Below, piece after piece: positions 1 through 13,163 of a stretch of DNA of 64,000 nucleotides (its first letter is position 1; each line of letters starts with the position of its first letter). Location: positions 27,367 through 91,366 of the forward strand of contig NW_021836156.1 in assembly GCF_006345805.1 (NCBI RefSeq), written 5' to 3'. The notes beneath the pieces were generated by a model, which had not been told where the DNA came from, ran no database searches, and worked only from the letters and a program-made list of their open reading frames with translations. A program made the translations under genes and the position numbers. The stretch is from Octopus sinensis (taxonomy: Eukaryota).

Positions 1-196
1 GTACAAATCAACGTGCCTTAATGTAAGAATGTATTTTGTGGTTTTAGGCTTTGACTGCTATTTTTAGGACGTAAAACTCCATGTGGTGGTTTTCTCGTTG
101 TCTGTGTTTCATACTCTATTATATTTGAAAATATTTATGTCTTCTGACCACTGGTAAAAAATTGTTTAATAATTTTTACCCTTGTATTTATAAGGT

Positions 197-246
<50 letters not shown>

Positions 247-804
247 ACGTGAGAAAGAGAGAAAATATGAGAGATAGAGAGAAAGCGAGAGAGCGGCAGA
301 AAGACAGACAAACAGACAGGAACACAAAATTATGCATATTTATGTAAATATATGTATAATATATATTTATATATGTATGTATAAGTACTACATACACACA
401 AAAGAATATATATATATGTATATATGAAAATATCATACAAACTTACATACACATATACATACTCACACATACACATATGCATTCACACATTAATGGTATT
501 ATTTAAACAATCCAAACAGCATAAAGATGTCAAACGAGTAACACATGTTAACCTAAAACGACTCACTCCCTCTTTTTACAATGCTCTGACACTAGTTTGA
601 TTTATTTATACAAATATCAATTTAATTGTGCAACTTATCTACAAGCGAACAACGAAATTCTCATCTATTAATACGCCATCTTCAAAGGACGGCATTTCAG
701 CATGGCATAAGTCTATTTGCATGAAATCGTCTCGCGTTTATTTGTTAAAAGACATTGATTGAGCAAATAGCCATAAGTCAATTCCAGAAACTATTCTACA
801 CACT

Positions 805-845
<41 letters not shown>

Positions 846-1001
846 GTACGCACGTTTTCGCGTTTGTATGCACACACACACATGCTCTCTCTCCCTTTCT
901 CTCTCACGCACGTATACACAGGCATACTCACACGCAAACGCACACACACACATGTACACTCACTCGGTTGTACATAAATGCTCAAATATGTGTACGGACA
1001 G

Positions 1002-1056
<55 letters not shown>

Positions 1057-1216
1057 TGTGTGTGTATGCACACATACGTATACACACTCATACACACATA
1101 TATTCATACGTATATACACATATATGTAAGTATACATGCGTATAAATATAGAAATATATATATACATATATATATACATATATATACATATATATATACA
1201 TACATACATACATACA

Positions 1217-1252
<36 letters not shown>

Positions 1253-1801
1253 TATATAGTAGAAATATGTTATAAAAAGAAAATATAAAATACACGTGGA
1301 AATGTAAGGGTAAAATATATATAATATTGACGTATGCACATATATAGATAAACATACACACACACACAAGCACATGCACGCACACTCACACGCACACTCA
1401 CACGCACACTCCAGTTTTTGCCATGTTGACTTAAGAATGCTCCTCACTCTGTATACATACGTTTCGTTCCACGATTTTTAGTAAAATACGAATAACGTAT
1501 AAATTTTATATTATTATCATCTTTATCTCCAAAGTATTTTGCCTGTCATGAAATATGTTCAACTGTTCATGCATTTTCAAGAACTTAAACTACGGAAGAC
1601 AATCGAAGTCATAACCGAAATGTGGAAGTATGTACTTAGTATATGGAAGTATCTATGTATGCATACACGCACACACACACACACACACATATATATATAC
1701 ATGCATACATATATATATATATATATATATGATATATATACATATACACATTCATATGTGTATCTGTAACACGTAAACACACAAACATATATATATATAT
1801 A

Positions 1802-1920
1802 TAGCCTGCTCGCTTAGCCAGCGGGGTGGCGTCATTCGAAGGCTAAAACAATGCGAACGCATTGTGACCAGCGATGTGTAACAACATCTGATGGTCTGGT
1901 CGGTCACGTGATCACGTGAT
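1802..1920 (+). mobile_element. Short retroposon 3' fragment ending in a tandem CACGTGAT tail, inserted in (TA)n
   Basis: GC-richer island between (TA)n tracts ending ggtcacgtgatcacgtgat, a short tandem tail typical of LINE/SINE 3' ends; family not identified. Confidence 0.45.
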
Positions 1921-1931
1921 ATATATATATA

Positions 1932-2030
1932 TGACGGGTTTCTTTTAGTTTCCGTCTACCATATCCACTCACAAGGCTTTGGTCGGCCCGAAGCCATAGT
2001 AGAAAACACTTGTCCAAATAGCCATGCCAT
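1932..2030 (-). mobile_element. SINE family A fragment
   Basis: Reverse complement of the family A core (gtttccgtctacc...ccactcacaaggctttggtcggcccg) seen in the full copy at 11708. Confidence 0.8.
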
Positions 2031-2119
2031 GGTGATACCAAGAAATCATGTGTCACATGATATGTAGATATTAAACATATCACAGAGGGGAACCAATAAG
2101 CGGTGATAAGTATAACTGC

Positions 2120-2414
2120 AATGTTATCATAAGTTCAAACATGCTAAAAACACGTTCGGACTTGTAAACAACCCATTAACTTTATTTTGCCATGGAGAAA
2201 ATTTCTTGCTGTAGATAAATAGTGTGGATACACCTAGATCAGTTCGCAGTGCCACCTTCCTAGATTGTGAGATGCTGTTGTCACCTGTTCGATCACAGAC
2301 ACCAAGCAGGTAACGCTGCGAACAGTAAGAAATATTCTCCGTGACAAAACATAATGAATAGCTTGTTTACAAATTCGAACATGCCATCAACATGTTTGAA
2401 CTGGTAATGACATT
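2120..2414. repeat. Diverged fold-back (inverted-repeat) element
   Basis: 2120-2212 is an imperfect reverse complement of 2322-2414 (agttcaaacatg...ttgtaaacaa...ggagaa.atttctt.ctg); inner arms ttcgcagtgccacct / aggtaacgctgcgaa. Confidence 0.7.
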
Positions 2415-2423
2415 ACATTACGT

Positions 2424-2685
2424 GGAGGCGCGTGGCTTAGGGGTTAGAGTGTCGGCAACATGATCGTAAGATTGTGGTTTCGATTCCTGGACCGAGCGAC
2501 GCGTTGTGTTCTTGAGCAAAACACTTCATTTCACGTTGCTCCAGCCCACTCAGCTGGCAAAAATGAGTAACGGTGCGATGGACTGGCATCCCGTCCAGCT
2601 GGGGAACACATACGCCATAGAAACCGGGAAACCGGGCCCATGAGCCTGGCTAGGCTTTAAAAGGGCGCATTTATTATTTATTTAT
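2424..2685 (+). mobile_element. SINE family B: tRNA-derived head plus Meta-domain-like core
   Basis: A-box tggcttagggg, B-box gtttcgattcc, core tgtgttcttgagcaaaacactt...ccactcagctggcaaaaatgagta, (TTA)-rich tail; flanking duplication acattacgt. Confidence 0.85.
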
Positions 2686-3526
2686 TAATGACATTACGTT
2701 ACATATATTCTCTAATGACAAAGTGGAAATTCTAACGACGAAGTGGAAATATTTTGTTATAACACAATTGTCTTAGACCAAATTGCATTATTTGATGAAA
2801 GCACAGCAAGGGATCTGACTAGCGTTTGAGAGCTACGTGGTCACAGTTGAACGGAGCTAAATATTTTGCCCTTTCCGTTCTCTTTCTTCTTTCACCTTTT
2901 CTCCTTGCTATTTTCCTGATAAATTTAAGTACTTTAGTATTAGTCACTGTAAACGTTGATGAATGTTATATATTTTAGCGATAGCCAAGTATTTTCTGCT
3001 TATTGTTTTATCAAAGGTTTCGGAGAAGCAATTTCCACGATTGCTGTAGAGTAAAATTAATAAACTGTGGACAGGTTTATGAACTGGATGCAAGATTAGT
3101 TCACATGGAATTGTTGAAACAATTTTAAATTACGAAATATATATATCATATTTCAATTCTCATAACGATTTGCAAATCTCTTCAGTTAGTCATTATCCAT
3201 CAGTGAATCATGAGTAGATATAAAAAGTTATCAAAAGCCAAAGGAAATAAATAAGATAAATAAATGTACAATTTATATTCAAGGTACTCACCACACGACA
3301 CACTCCACAATCCCACGGCTCCTACTTCCTACAGGTTTTTGCCGGCTATGAATATGACGATTCTTTTCTGAAAAATAAACAAGAAAAACAAATCTTCATC
3401 ATTGATTGTATTTCTTTAAATATTTATCTTTTTTATTTTCTGTATTTCAGGAGGGTCAGTATGCTAATAATAAAATTCACACGCACTGGTTTAATTTCAT
3501 TTCATTTATTATTATTATACTAAAAT

Positions 3527-3785
<259 letters not shown>

Positions 3786-4149
3786 TTTCGAATTGAAAGC
3801 AGCTCTAATAATCTAAACTTTATAAAGTATAATTTTTAATTTTTAATGTTTAATTTAAAACTTAATTCTACGGTGATGTAAAATTTAATTAACAATATTT
3901 TGAAAAGGAACCTGAAGATGTGTTGATAGTTTTGTAAATATGATGATTGCATAGATATATTTATATATGTATATATATGTATATGTATATATATGTACAT
4001 ATATATAATCTTCCAGTACTGAAACACGTGTATTTCCTTCATAAATGATAATTTTAATTTTAACTCAAGTAGGAGATAACTAAGGAAGTATATTTTATTG
4101 ATATTTCGGTATCGTGTTTGCATCTAGTCCAGCAAATTACATTTATAAC

Positions 4150-4650
4150 GGACCATCATGGTGTTTGGAGGGACCACTAGTGATGGCGACGTTATGCCTG
4201 CAATCATCTTCCCACACGGCCTCAGACTCAACACGGAAGCCTAAATCAAGCGCCTGATGGAGGCAGTGCTGCCCTGGGCAAAGAGGGTGGCTGCTGAAAG
4301 ACCCTGTGCCTGGCAATAGTACTCTGCACTATGCAACACAAGCAGGAGAACCCAGTCATGGTTGTCAGACAATTTCTGTGACCACATGACCCCTAACATC
4401 TGGCCACCTAACTCCCCAGACTGCAACCCCCTTGATTATTATATATGGGGCGCGGTTAAGCGAGAGACCAACAAAAGTCCTTGTCACAGCAAAGGATTAG
4501 AGCAGCATTCACCAACTTAAGCAAGGAGACCGTCCAGAAGAGTTGCAAGATGTCGTCTGTAAGCCGTGGTTGAAGCCAATGGCGATTTTATTGAATACAT
4601 TTTCCCTTTAGTATTTCAAGCTATTTTTGTGTAATTTTGTTAAATATATC
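4150..4650 (+). mobile_element. Degenerate Tc1/mariner-superfamily transposase fragment, maT (DD37D) type
   Basis: Manual translation ...WQ*YSALCNTSRRTQSWLSDNFCDHMTPNIWPPNSPDCNPLDYYIWG; 37 residues between the mutated second D position and the final D; in-frame stops. Confidence 0.8.
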
Positions 4651-4659
4651 TGCCAAAGA

Positions 4660-4978
4660 TCCCACCAATGTCATCGCGCTTCAGTAGTAGTTAATGCAAC
4701 AGCCTGGGTTTCAGGGGCCCACAGCTTTTTAATATTTTCCCAAAGAGCCTGAGGAATTTACACAAAGTAGGTGTAGGTGTTTTAAAATCAAGGTTGGACT
4801 TCTTCCTGTCGAGAGTCCCAGATGAACTTACCGCACGGCAAGAGGTGAAATTGAGGGTAGCTACATCATGAAACTCTATTCTACACCAAGTGCCACATAT
4901 TATAGGAGGATCTCAGAAATAACAGTGTTGCAAAACGGCGGTGCGCCAGCATGGCCACAGCTATGAGCTGAAACTACA
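4660..4978 (+). mobile_element. 3' end of a CR1/L2-group LINE whose tail matches SINE family A
   Basis: Translation CNSLGFRGPQLFNIFPKSLRNL...KSRLDFFLSRVPDE resembles CR1-group ORF2 C-termini; ends ggcggtgcgccagcatggccacagc...gctgaaac, like the family A tail. Confidence 0.7.
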
Positions 4979-5002
4979 TATATATATATATATATATATA
5001 CC

Positions 5003-5225
5003 AAGAAAGTTAGGATAGTATTTATCCAATATACTGTTGGTATAGTACCCAAATTCATAATACACAAGTGCTTTTAATTGCAATGCAATTAACTTACTTA
5101 TTGTATTAAATGGGTGAAGGTAAAGAAATATTTTACCATTAATTTATATTACAAATAAGAAAATGGGGAAGCACATTAGTTGGTTCATCAACTTTAGGAC
5201 ATTAAAATGTTGACTAATTTATTTA
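5003..5225. repeat. AT-rich interspersed repeat, homologous to 38280-38450 and (inverted) 38640-38722
   Basis: Shared tttatccaatatactg...ttttaattgcaatgcaattaa...gaaggtaaagaaata...acaaataagaaaatgg. Confidence 0.7.
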
Positions 5226-5258
5226 TCAAACCGACAGCCATATTGACATACATACATA

Positions 5259-5432
5259 TCATCATCATCATTCTTCGACCGTGGTCGAGACAATGGAATT
5301 TACCATGCTACGCCAGACTTCACGGTCCATCATGGCATTACGGAGATCCTGTTGCTGGATGCCTGTATCCCTGGAGATTACATCAGGGTAGGAGAGTGTG
5401 CGCCCTCTGGTATTGCGAGTAGATGGCTTCCA
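5259..5432 (-). mobile_element. RTE-clade LINE 3' terminal fragment
   Basis: Minus-strand translation WKPSTRNTRGRTLSYPDVISRDTGIQQQDLRNAMMDREVWRSMVNSIVSTTVEE* followed by a (TGA)n tail; DR..WR is typical of RTE ORF C-termini. Confidence 0.8.
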
Positions 5433-6359
5433 TATAGTATATTATTCAATGCATATAAGGCAAGAATACAAATATATTTATATGCATATATACACACATA
5501 TATACATATATATATATATACATATATATGCATAATACATACATACATAATATATGCATATGTATATATTATGAATGTATGTACAAATTTCATACATACA
5601 TGCATATATATATATATATATAATATATCTATATAATATATATATGCACATATATGATATATATATATATATATATGCACATATATGATATATATATATA
5701 TATGCACATATATGATATATATGTATGTATTAAGTGACGTTAAACTATCAATCAAGTAGTGTCAACACATGTAACAATCTAAAGTGTCTTAAGTGTAAAC
5801 AAATGACTATACAGAGTATTGTGCCATCGATATTTTGTGATTATTAATAATGGCAGTGGTGGGAGGTAATCGTGTGATAGAATGGTGATAAGTGTAGTAT
5901 AGTGGTGGTGATGGTGGTGGTGGTGGTGTAATGGGTTTATAACGTCATCGTCATCGTCATCGTAGCCGTGAGTTAATCTGGTTTGATGTGGGTGGTTCGG
6001 CGATTTTAGTGCTAATGGTAGTTGTGTGAGGTGGAAGCGCAATGGTAGAGTGGTAGTTGTGGTGGTGGTTGGGTGGTGAAGACTATATTATCGTTGTTAT
6101 TTGTCGTCACCTTGGCTGTCTTCATCGTCATGATCCTCGTCGTCGCTATCGTCGTAGTAGTAATGTTTGATGACGATGGTATGATGAGCGACATAGGTGC
6201 TAATTGATGAGATAGCGAAGCAGTTGTGGAATTGTGTAAGTGTTATTATTTTTTTTTCTGGTGGTAACCATGGTGTAGTGACAATGGTGGTGGTTGTCCG
6301 TGTTGTAGCTGTTTTTAGTGAAAGTTGTAGCGGTTATGACAACGACGACGACGACGACA

Positions 6360-6404
<45 letters not shown>

Positions 6405-6662
6405 GCGGCAGTGGTGGTGATGTTGGTGGTGGTGGTTTTGCACGTGGTGGGGGGATTTGTAGTGCCGTGGAACTCTATTTATTCCGCTCTTCTCTTCTGT
6501 GAGTTCAAACCTTAACGAGAACAACTGTACTTTTTATCCATTTAGTGACTCATATATATACATGTGTGTGCATGTGTGTATGTGGATATGTGTGTGTATG
6601 TGTGTATGTGTATGTGTGTGTATGTATATATTTTTGTGTGTATATGTGTATGCATATATATG

Positions 6663-6695
<33 letters not shown>

Positions 6696-6807
6696 GTATA
6701 TATATATGTATATATATATGTGTGTGTGTGTATGTATGTGTGTATGTATATGTGTGTATGTATATGTGTGTGTGTGTGTATATATATACATATGTGTATA
6801 TGTATAA

Positions 6808-7147
6808 GTGAGAATCTCCTTATTTACCTAAAACTCTATTCTATATATTTTTTTATTCTTTTATTTATTCTTTTATCTAATTTACCACTGACTCCTTGAC
6901 CACTCCCCCAAGTATGATATTTTTGCGCTATGCCTACCCCCAAAAAGTCCCCCACCACCACCCCTTTAAACCTGCCTAAATGTATAAATGCCAATACAAT
7001 TCTTGTTAACTAGCTTCCTGATGATTTCTCTTGAATGAAACAGTTCTAGTCCTGTAGAAGCTCCTTCTATATAATAAATTAATTTTACTCTGCTATGTAT
7101 TGAGTACCTTATTTACTGTGGTTAACCCCGAATCAACCCGGGACCTA
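6808..7147 (+). mobile_element. Penelope-like pseudo-LTR-type non-coding element
   Basis: Order tataaa (6983), hammerhead (7012-7062), aataaa (7073), bounded by microsatellites. Confidence 0.55.
7012..7062 (+). ncRNA. Type I hammerhead ribozyme
   Basis: agcttc CTGATGA tttctcttgaat GAAA cag ttctagtc ctg TA gaagct: 6-bp stem I, intact core, stem III cag/ctg, GUA cleavage triplet; stem II weak. Confidence 0.8.
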
Positions 7148-7185
7148 CATATATATATATATATATATATATACATATGTCTTTT

Positions 7186-7442
7186 ATTTTCTACTTGTAT
7201 CATTCATTGGATTGTGGCCATACTGGGGCATTACCTCATACGCATACACACATACACACACACAACACATACACACACTCATATATACGACGGATGTCTT
7301 TCTGTTTCCGTCTACCAAATCCATTCATGAGGCTTTAGGTCGGTCCGGGGCTATAGTAGAAGACACTTGCCCAAGGTGTCATGTAATGAGACTGATCCTG
7401 GAACCATGTGGTTGAGAAGCAATCTTCTTACCACTCAGCCAC
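7186..7442 (-). mobile_element. SINE family A, internally deleted and diverged
   Basis: Reverse complement of tail (gtggccatactggggca), core and tRNA head (cttaccactcagccac). Confidence 0.8.
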
Positions 7443-7822
7443 AAAAACAAGAACGAGTTTTTAAAAAAATGGCTTCGGAGGTTTGATGCATATTTTTTTC
7501 CCGCAAATTATAGTGTCGCTTACAATGCGTTGCTTACCCATGCTTTTGAATTGAACTGAATTAAGCTTTGTAAGTGTTTGACTAAACTTGCTTATCGGGA
7601 AATTTGTAAGTTCGATTAATGTTTTTTTTTTTTAACCCCCGTTTAAAGGAAGATCTTACTAGGGTAAATATCACGAGAATAACTCATACTCACCAAAGGC
7701 CAATATGAGAGTTTCTTTCATGGTATCTACCGCAACATAGCTTGGCCTAACAGGACATCCACGTTTAAGTGGGGGAAAATATTACTTCTCGCTATTAATA
7801 CAGACTCTGTCGTTAATATATA

Positions 7823-8380
7823 TTGGATTGTCTGGAAAGTTCGTGCCGATTTATAAAGGAAAGAAAAAGGTCAATAAATATTTGCCATTACATTTTTAAT
7901 CAACCAAATATGAACCATTCTGTTGCACAGTGCATCTCCATCTTTCCTTTAACTTGAAATTTACCTTCTTCCTAGAATTGAGATGGTTTCATGGCAAAGA
8001 ATTCATCAAGGCATCTTTTTACGTCATCCAAGGAATTGAAATTTTTACCATTAAGACTATTCTGCAGAGACCTGAAATCCGAAGGAGCAATATCTAGTGA
8101 ATATGGAGGGTGAGGTAACATATCCCAGCCGAGCTGCAGCAATTTTTGTCTGGTTCCCAAAGCATCAAGTGCCGAAAATGAACTTTCTTATCTTCCATTT
8201 TAAAGGGTTACAAAATTAACACAGGTTATAGGAACATAAACCTTCTTCCATGAAAAAAGAGCTTAAACTGTGCTCTTAATGGAGGTGTAGTGAAATCCTA
8301 TTTTATGGACTCAACCAGGTTCTAGAATAAATCAAAAGGTAAGCTGCTATAATTCGGCACGAACTTTCCGGACAACCCAA
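7823..8380 (-). mobile_element. Internally deleted mariner element
   Basis: TIRs ttggattgtctggaaagttcgtgccga / tcggcacgaactttccggacaacccaa with TA on both sides; ORF 7972-8160 contains LGWDMLPHPPYSLDIAPSD. Confidence 0.9.
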
Positions 8381-9110
8381 TATGTTATATAAACAGAAGA
8401 TACTGAGTGATTGGTGCTGGCTTTGTTGCTTTTCACTGCTGTTGTTTCTTTTGAAGTTCAAGAAAAAAATATGTGTGTGTATGCATATGTGCCTGTGTAT
8501 AGTTGAGTGTATCCACATGCTTGTGTGTGTGCATGTATGCGAATGCTTGTGTGTCTATGTGTCTGTGTGTGCTTGCGTGCGTGTGCGTGTTTGTGCACGC
8601 GCGCCTGTGTGTATGAGTGTGTTTGTGTGTGTCTATCTGTCTCTCTGTCTCTCCGCATTGCATATCGATAACAAAATAATCAGCGACGAAAGAACAGACA
8701 AACCGGTGTTCTCAATCGAAAATCCCCTGTAATAATTGTCCCTTCTGAGTTATACAATAATTAATCCTTCGTTATTCTCGCCATCATGATTACATTTTCG
8801 TCATAATCGGTCTGTGAGAAAAAACCTAAAATCCACGAAACTATTGTTAACAAAATACAACGAATAATTAATTTGATTATCGCTGCTTTAATAGAATACT
8901 AATTAAACACATTTCGAAATGAAATAGATTAATCAACTTAATTCCACATCACTTAGAAATTTTGTTTCTCCACCCAAGCCTCATATTTTATCATTTTATC
9001 AGATATCTTCTACTTACACAGAGAGATGTAAGCACATACACACACAGACACGCTCGCACATACACGAACATACACATATGAATATATACAATGTAACAGG
9101 TTTCTGTGTA

Positions 9111-9337
9111 GAGGCACGTGACCTAGTGGTTAGGATGTTGGACTCAAGATCGTAAGGTTGTGGTTTCGATTCCTGGACCGGGCGATGCGTTGTGTTCTTG
9201 AGCAAAACACTTCATTTTCACGTTGCCCCAGTCCACTCAGCTGGCAAAAATGAGTAATCCTGCGACGGACCGGCGTCCCGTCCACGTGGGGAATTTCTAC
9301 GCCACTGGAACCGGGAAACCGGCCCTTATGAGAAGGA
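9111..9337 (+). mobile_element. SINE family B
   Basis: Same head and core as 2424; flanking duplication aggtttctgt. Confidence 0.85.
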
Positions 9338-9436
9338 ACATTTTAATAGGTTTCTGTACAGTTTCTCTTTAGCCAGTTCCATTGAGAAATTATAGGATTG
9401 ATTTGAAAATAAGATTACTTTCTGAGTTCAAATACC

Positions 9437-9667
9437 TATTCCTTTACTACCCACAAGGGGCTAAACACAGAGGGGACAAACAAGGACAGACAAACAGATT
9501 AAGTCGATTATATTGACCCCAGTGTGTAACTGGTACTTATTTAATCGATCCCGAAAGGATGAAAGGCAAAGTCAACCTCGACGGAATTTGAACTCAGAAC
9601 GTAGCGGCAGACGAAATACCACAAAGCATTTCGCCCGGCGTGCTAACGTTTCTGCCAGCTCGCCGCC
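9437..9667 (-). mobile_element. SINE family C inserted into an older, oppositely oriented family C relative (9420-9810)
   Basis: Reverse complement of aggcggcgagctggcagaaacgttagc...gagttcaaattcc...; TSD ctgagttcaaatacc / ctgagttaaaatacc. Confidence 0.85.
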
Positions 9668-10725
9668 TGAGTTAAAATACCGTCAAGGTCGACCTAGCAT
9701 CTCATACTTTCGGAGTCAATGAAATTAAGTACCAGTTAAGCATTGGGGTTGATGTAATCGATTAGCCCCACCCCGACAAAATTTCAAGCCTTCTGCCTCT
9801 AGCAGGAAGAAAACACATAGCAGAAATAAGACTAAGGTAGAAAGCATTTACCTAACATGGCCCTGCTCAGTAAGATAGAAACCGGCATAAAATACTTACG
9901 AATTGAATTTATCAACCATACGGCCATCCCTGGCACCCAATATTTGCGCTTCTTTAGTAGTTACTGTATATAATGTGATATATGGGTGTTTGTGATACCA
10001 CTGGGTGAAAACACATAAATCAGAGAACTTCTTGTGTTTCGCGGTCGTCTCAGACATAAACTGAGTGTAGAAATCTTCTTTAAGATACCCGGTCTTGTAA
10101 TCTTAACTATAGCACACATTTACATAGACAAAGACACACACACATGCACTTACGCAGACACAAATACATACGCACGCACTTACATAGACAAACACACAAA
10201 TACGCACAAACACGTACGCACATACACACGCACACAGACTCACACAGACGCACACAATCACATACATACACATACACACAGACGCACACGCACACGCACA
10301 CGCACATGCATATACACACACAGACGCACGCACACGCACACTGTTGCAGACATATACATACACACGCAGACATAAATAGACACACAAACGCACACGCACA
10401 TGCACGCACATATACATACATATACACACACATACACACACAGGCACACTCACACACAAGTACACACACACATACTGGCACACACACGCATACACATGCA
10501 CACACATACACACGCACACACACAGGCACACAGAGACACACAGAGACACGCATACGTAATTCTCAGACAGACAGAAATCTCTTACATTTATCTTAAATAT
10601 ATCCGGTGGAGGAGCAAAGAAATGCGAGAAGACTTACAGTATGTGTGACATTCAAACATTTCTCAAAGAGCATTGATGATGTAAATGGACTAAGAATTGA
10701 GAAGGTTACATACAACAGCAAGGGT

Positions 10726-10910
10726 GGAGGCGCAATGGCCCGGTGGTTAGGGCAGCGGACTCGCGGTCGTAAGAACGCAGTTTCAATTCCGAGACCGGGC
10801 ATTGTGAGTGTTTATTGAGCAAAAACACCTAAACTCCACGAAGCTCCGGCAGCGGGGGGAGGGGTGACCCCGCTGTACTCTTTCACCACAACTTACTCTC
10901 ACTCATTCTT
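10726..10910 (+). mobile_element. SINE family D, 5' half (tRNA-Arg-like head, possibly related to octopus OR SINEs)
   Basis: ggaggcgcaatggcccggtggttagggcagcggactcgcggt...gtttcaattcc; matches the minus-strand copies at 33547, 59909 and 61961. Confidence 0.8.
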
Positions 10911-11198
10911 CATACTTCTGCCACAAAGCAGAGGAACCATGGTGTAACACACTATGGTGTGGTAAACTTTCAGACCCTAGTCTTGATTGCGAATCCTCTG
11001 TACCCCAGGATGGTTCAGCTCTCCACCCGTTAAAAAGCCACCGTTTTCGGAATGAGGACAACAACGTAGCTTTCTCGCCCGTGCAACCGCCAGTTTATCG
11101 CATGTGGCGGGTGGATCTTCAAGTTGCCACAAACATTCTTAGTACCTTAGAGTAGGCCCGAATTAAAGATTATTCTTTGTGGTTAATGGCGTGAGTCC

Positions 11199-11260
11199 GA
11201 AGAAGAAGAAGAAGAAGAAGAAGAAGAAGAAGAAGAAGAAGAAGAAGAAGAAGAAGAAGA
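11199..11260. repeat. (GAA)n microsatellite ending an unclassified GC-richer element (about 10915-11198)
   Basis: Seen directly. Confidence 0.8.
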
Positions 11261-11707
11261 CGACGACAGCAAGGATCAAAACGGGATTATTTTGTAGGCT
11301 GGGTTACTTAGAGTATGTTGAAAGCGCATGTTTTAGTGGTGAAGGTTTTGCGTTCATAATCACAAGATCGTAGGTTTCAACCGAGGAACGCGCTATGTTC
11401 TTGAGCAAAACACTTCATTTCATGTTATTTCAGTCCACTCAAAGACAAATAAATTCCAGCAATACCTAGGAAGGTAATATTGCGTCCTGTTCAGGCAAGA
11501 GGGTAATTGTGTTCTTTGTTATATTCGAATTGAAAATCAGGTAACTGGCTCTATGGGCCGTAGTTACATTAAAAAATTCGTTGCGTACCATTCAGGGTGT
11601 AGTAACTTCATACGACCTATTGAAAAATAAAAGTCGCTTCTACCGTGAAACATTCTCTCCTGTTTTAAGTATGAAGATTATGAAATGAAACAGTAATACA
11701 GGTCTAG

Positions 11708-12125
11708 AGGCGCAGGAGTGGCTGTGTGGTAAGTAGCTTGCTAACCAACCACATGGTTCCGGGTTCAGTCCTACTGCGTGGAATCTTGGGCAAGTGTCTT
11801 CTGCTATAGCCCCGGGCCGACCAATGCCTTGTGAGTGGATTTGGTAGACGGAAACTGAAAGAAGCCTGTCGTATATATGTGTATATATATATATGTGTAT
11901 GTGTGTGTGTTTGTGTGTCTGTGTTTGTACCCCTAGCATTGCTTGACAACCGATGCTGGTGTGCTTACGTCCCCGTCACTTAGCGGTTCGCCAAAAAGAG
12001 ACCGATAGAATAAGTACTGGACTTACAAAGAATAAGTCCCGGGGTCGATTTGCTCGACTAAAGGCGGTGCTCCAGCATGGCCGCAGTCAAATGACTGAAA
12101 CAAGTAAAAGAGTAAAAGAGTAAAA
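11708..12125 (+). mobile_element. SINE family A, full length
   Basis: tRNA-like head (tggctgtgtgg, gggttcagtcc), CORE-like ttgggcaag motif, internal (TA)/(TG) tract, tail ggcggtgctccagcatggccgcagtcaaatgactgaaac(aagtaaaag)n. Confidence 0.9.
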
Positions 12126-12354
12126 CCCTGTAATATCTATGAAGATATGAGAGTCACGTCCTGCATATATTTGATCTGAAGTATCCTCTGAAAAACTGTA
12201 CTGAAACATCCTCCCAGCAGCGACTAACGATTAATTTGGAGAAGTATTGTTGTGAGCCAAGACCCAAAGACGGAAGCAACTGTGATACGAGATAACTAAT
12301 TTCAATATTTATGAAACTTACATAATAATAATAATAATAATATTAATAATAAAA

Positions 12355-13163
12355 TGCCCTGATGCAGTACCAGGCAGTGGCTCTCATGGCTTCTGATCTT
12401 AACTGATTGGAAGTGTTATCATGTACATTGTTTTGTCTTGGTATAAAAGATGGGCTACAACAAATATTCTGCTCAATACCACAAATGCCTGATGCAGTAC
12501 CAGCAGTGGCTCTCATGGCTTTGATCTAACTGATTGGAGGTGTTTATCATGTACATTGTTGTCTTGGTATAAAAAGATGCTACAGCAAATATTCTGCTCA
12601 ATACCACAATGCCCTGATGCAGTACCAGGCAGTGGCTCTCATGGCTTCTGATCTTAACTGATTGGAAGTGTTATCATGTACATTGTTTTGTCTTGGTATA
12701 AAAGATGGGCTACAGCAATATTCTGCTCAATACCATAGATTTGCTTGTCAGTTGTTTGACCTTAACCAGTTGAGCATGTCCCTTAGTGGCTGACGATATG
12801 TGCATCTCTGATCACGAGCAGAAGTAGTGGGGGAGCATCATAGCCATGTGTTGAGAAGGATTCTTTGGGGTTTGAATAATTCACCTCTGGAAACATGGGT
12901 GTTTCGTTCAACGTCCTTAAACAACTCTTATTCAGGGACCTTTTGAGCGGGATGGGTTACTCGATCTGAAGAAAATTCTAACTGGGCCCCACCTGCAAGG
13001 TCATGTGCTGTTTATCTTGATATGAGATCACCATGTCGCGCACATATGGTTGTGATGCATGTGCCTGGTGTACCCTTATCAGACGGGTAATCATGATGGG
13101 TATACTGGGCTTCGTATATTTTACCCCAGTGTCACTTTGATGGCATGTTCTGCTCACTCACTC

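Noticed and set aside
12786-12848. CTGACGA motif in family E
   Set aside because: GAAG instead of GAAA in both copies and no credible stem III.
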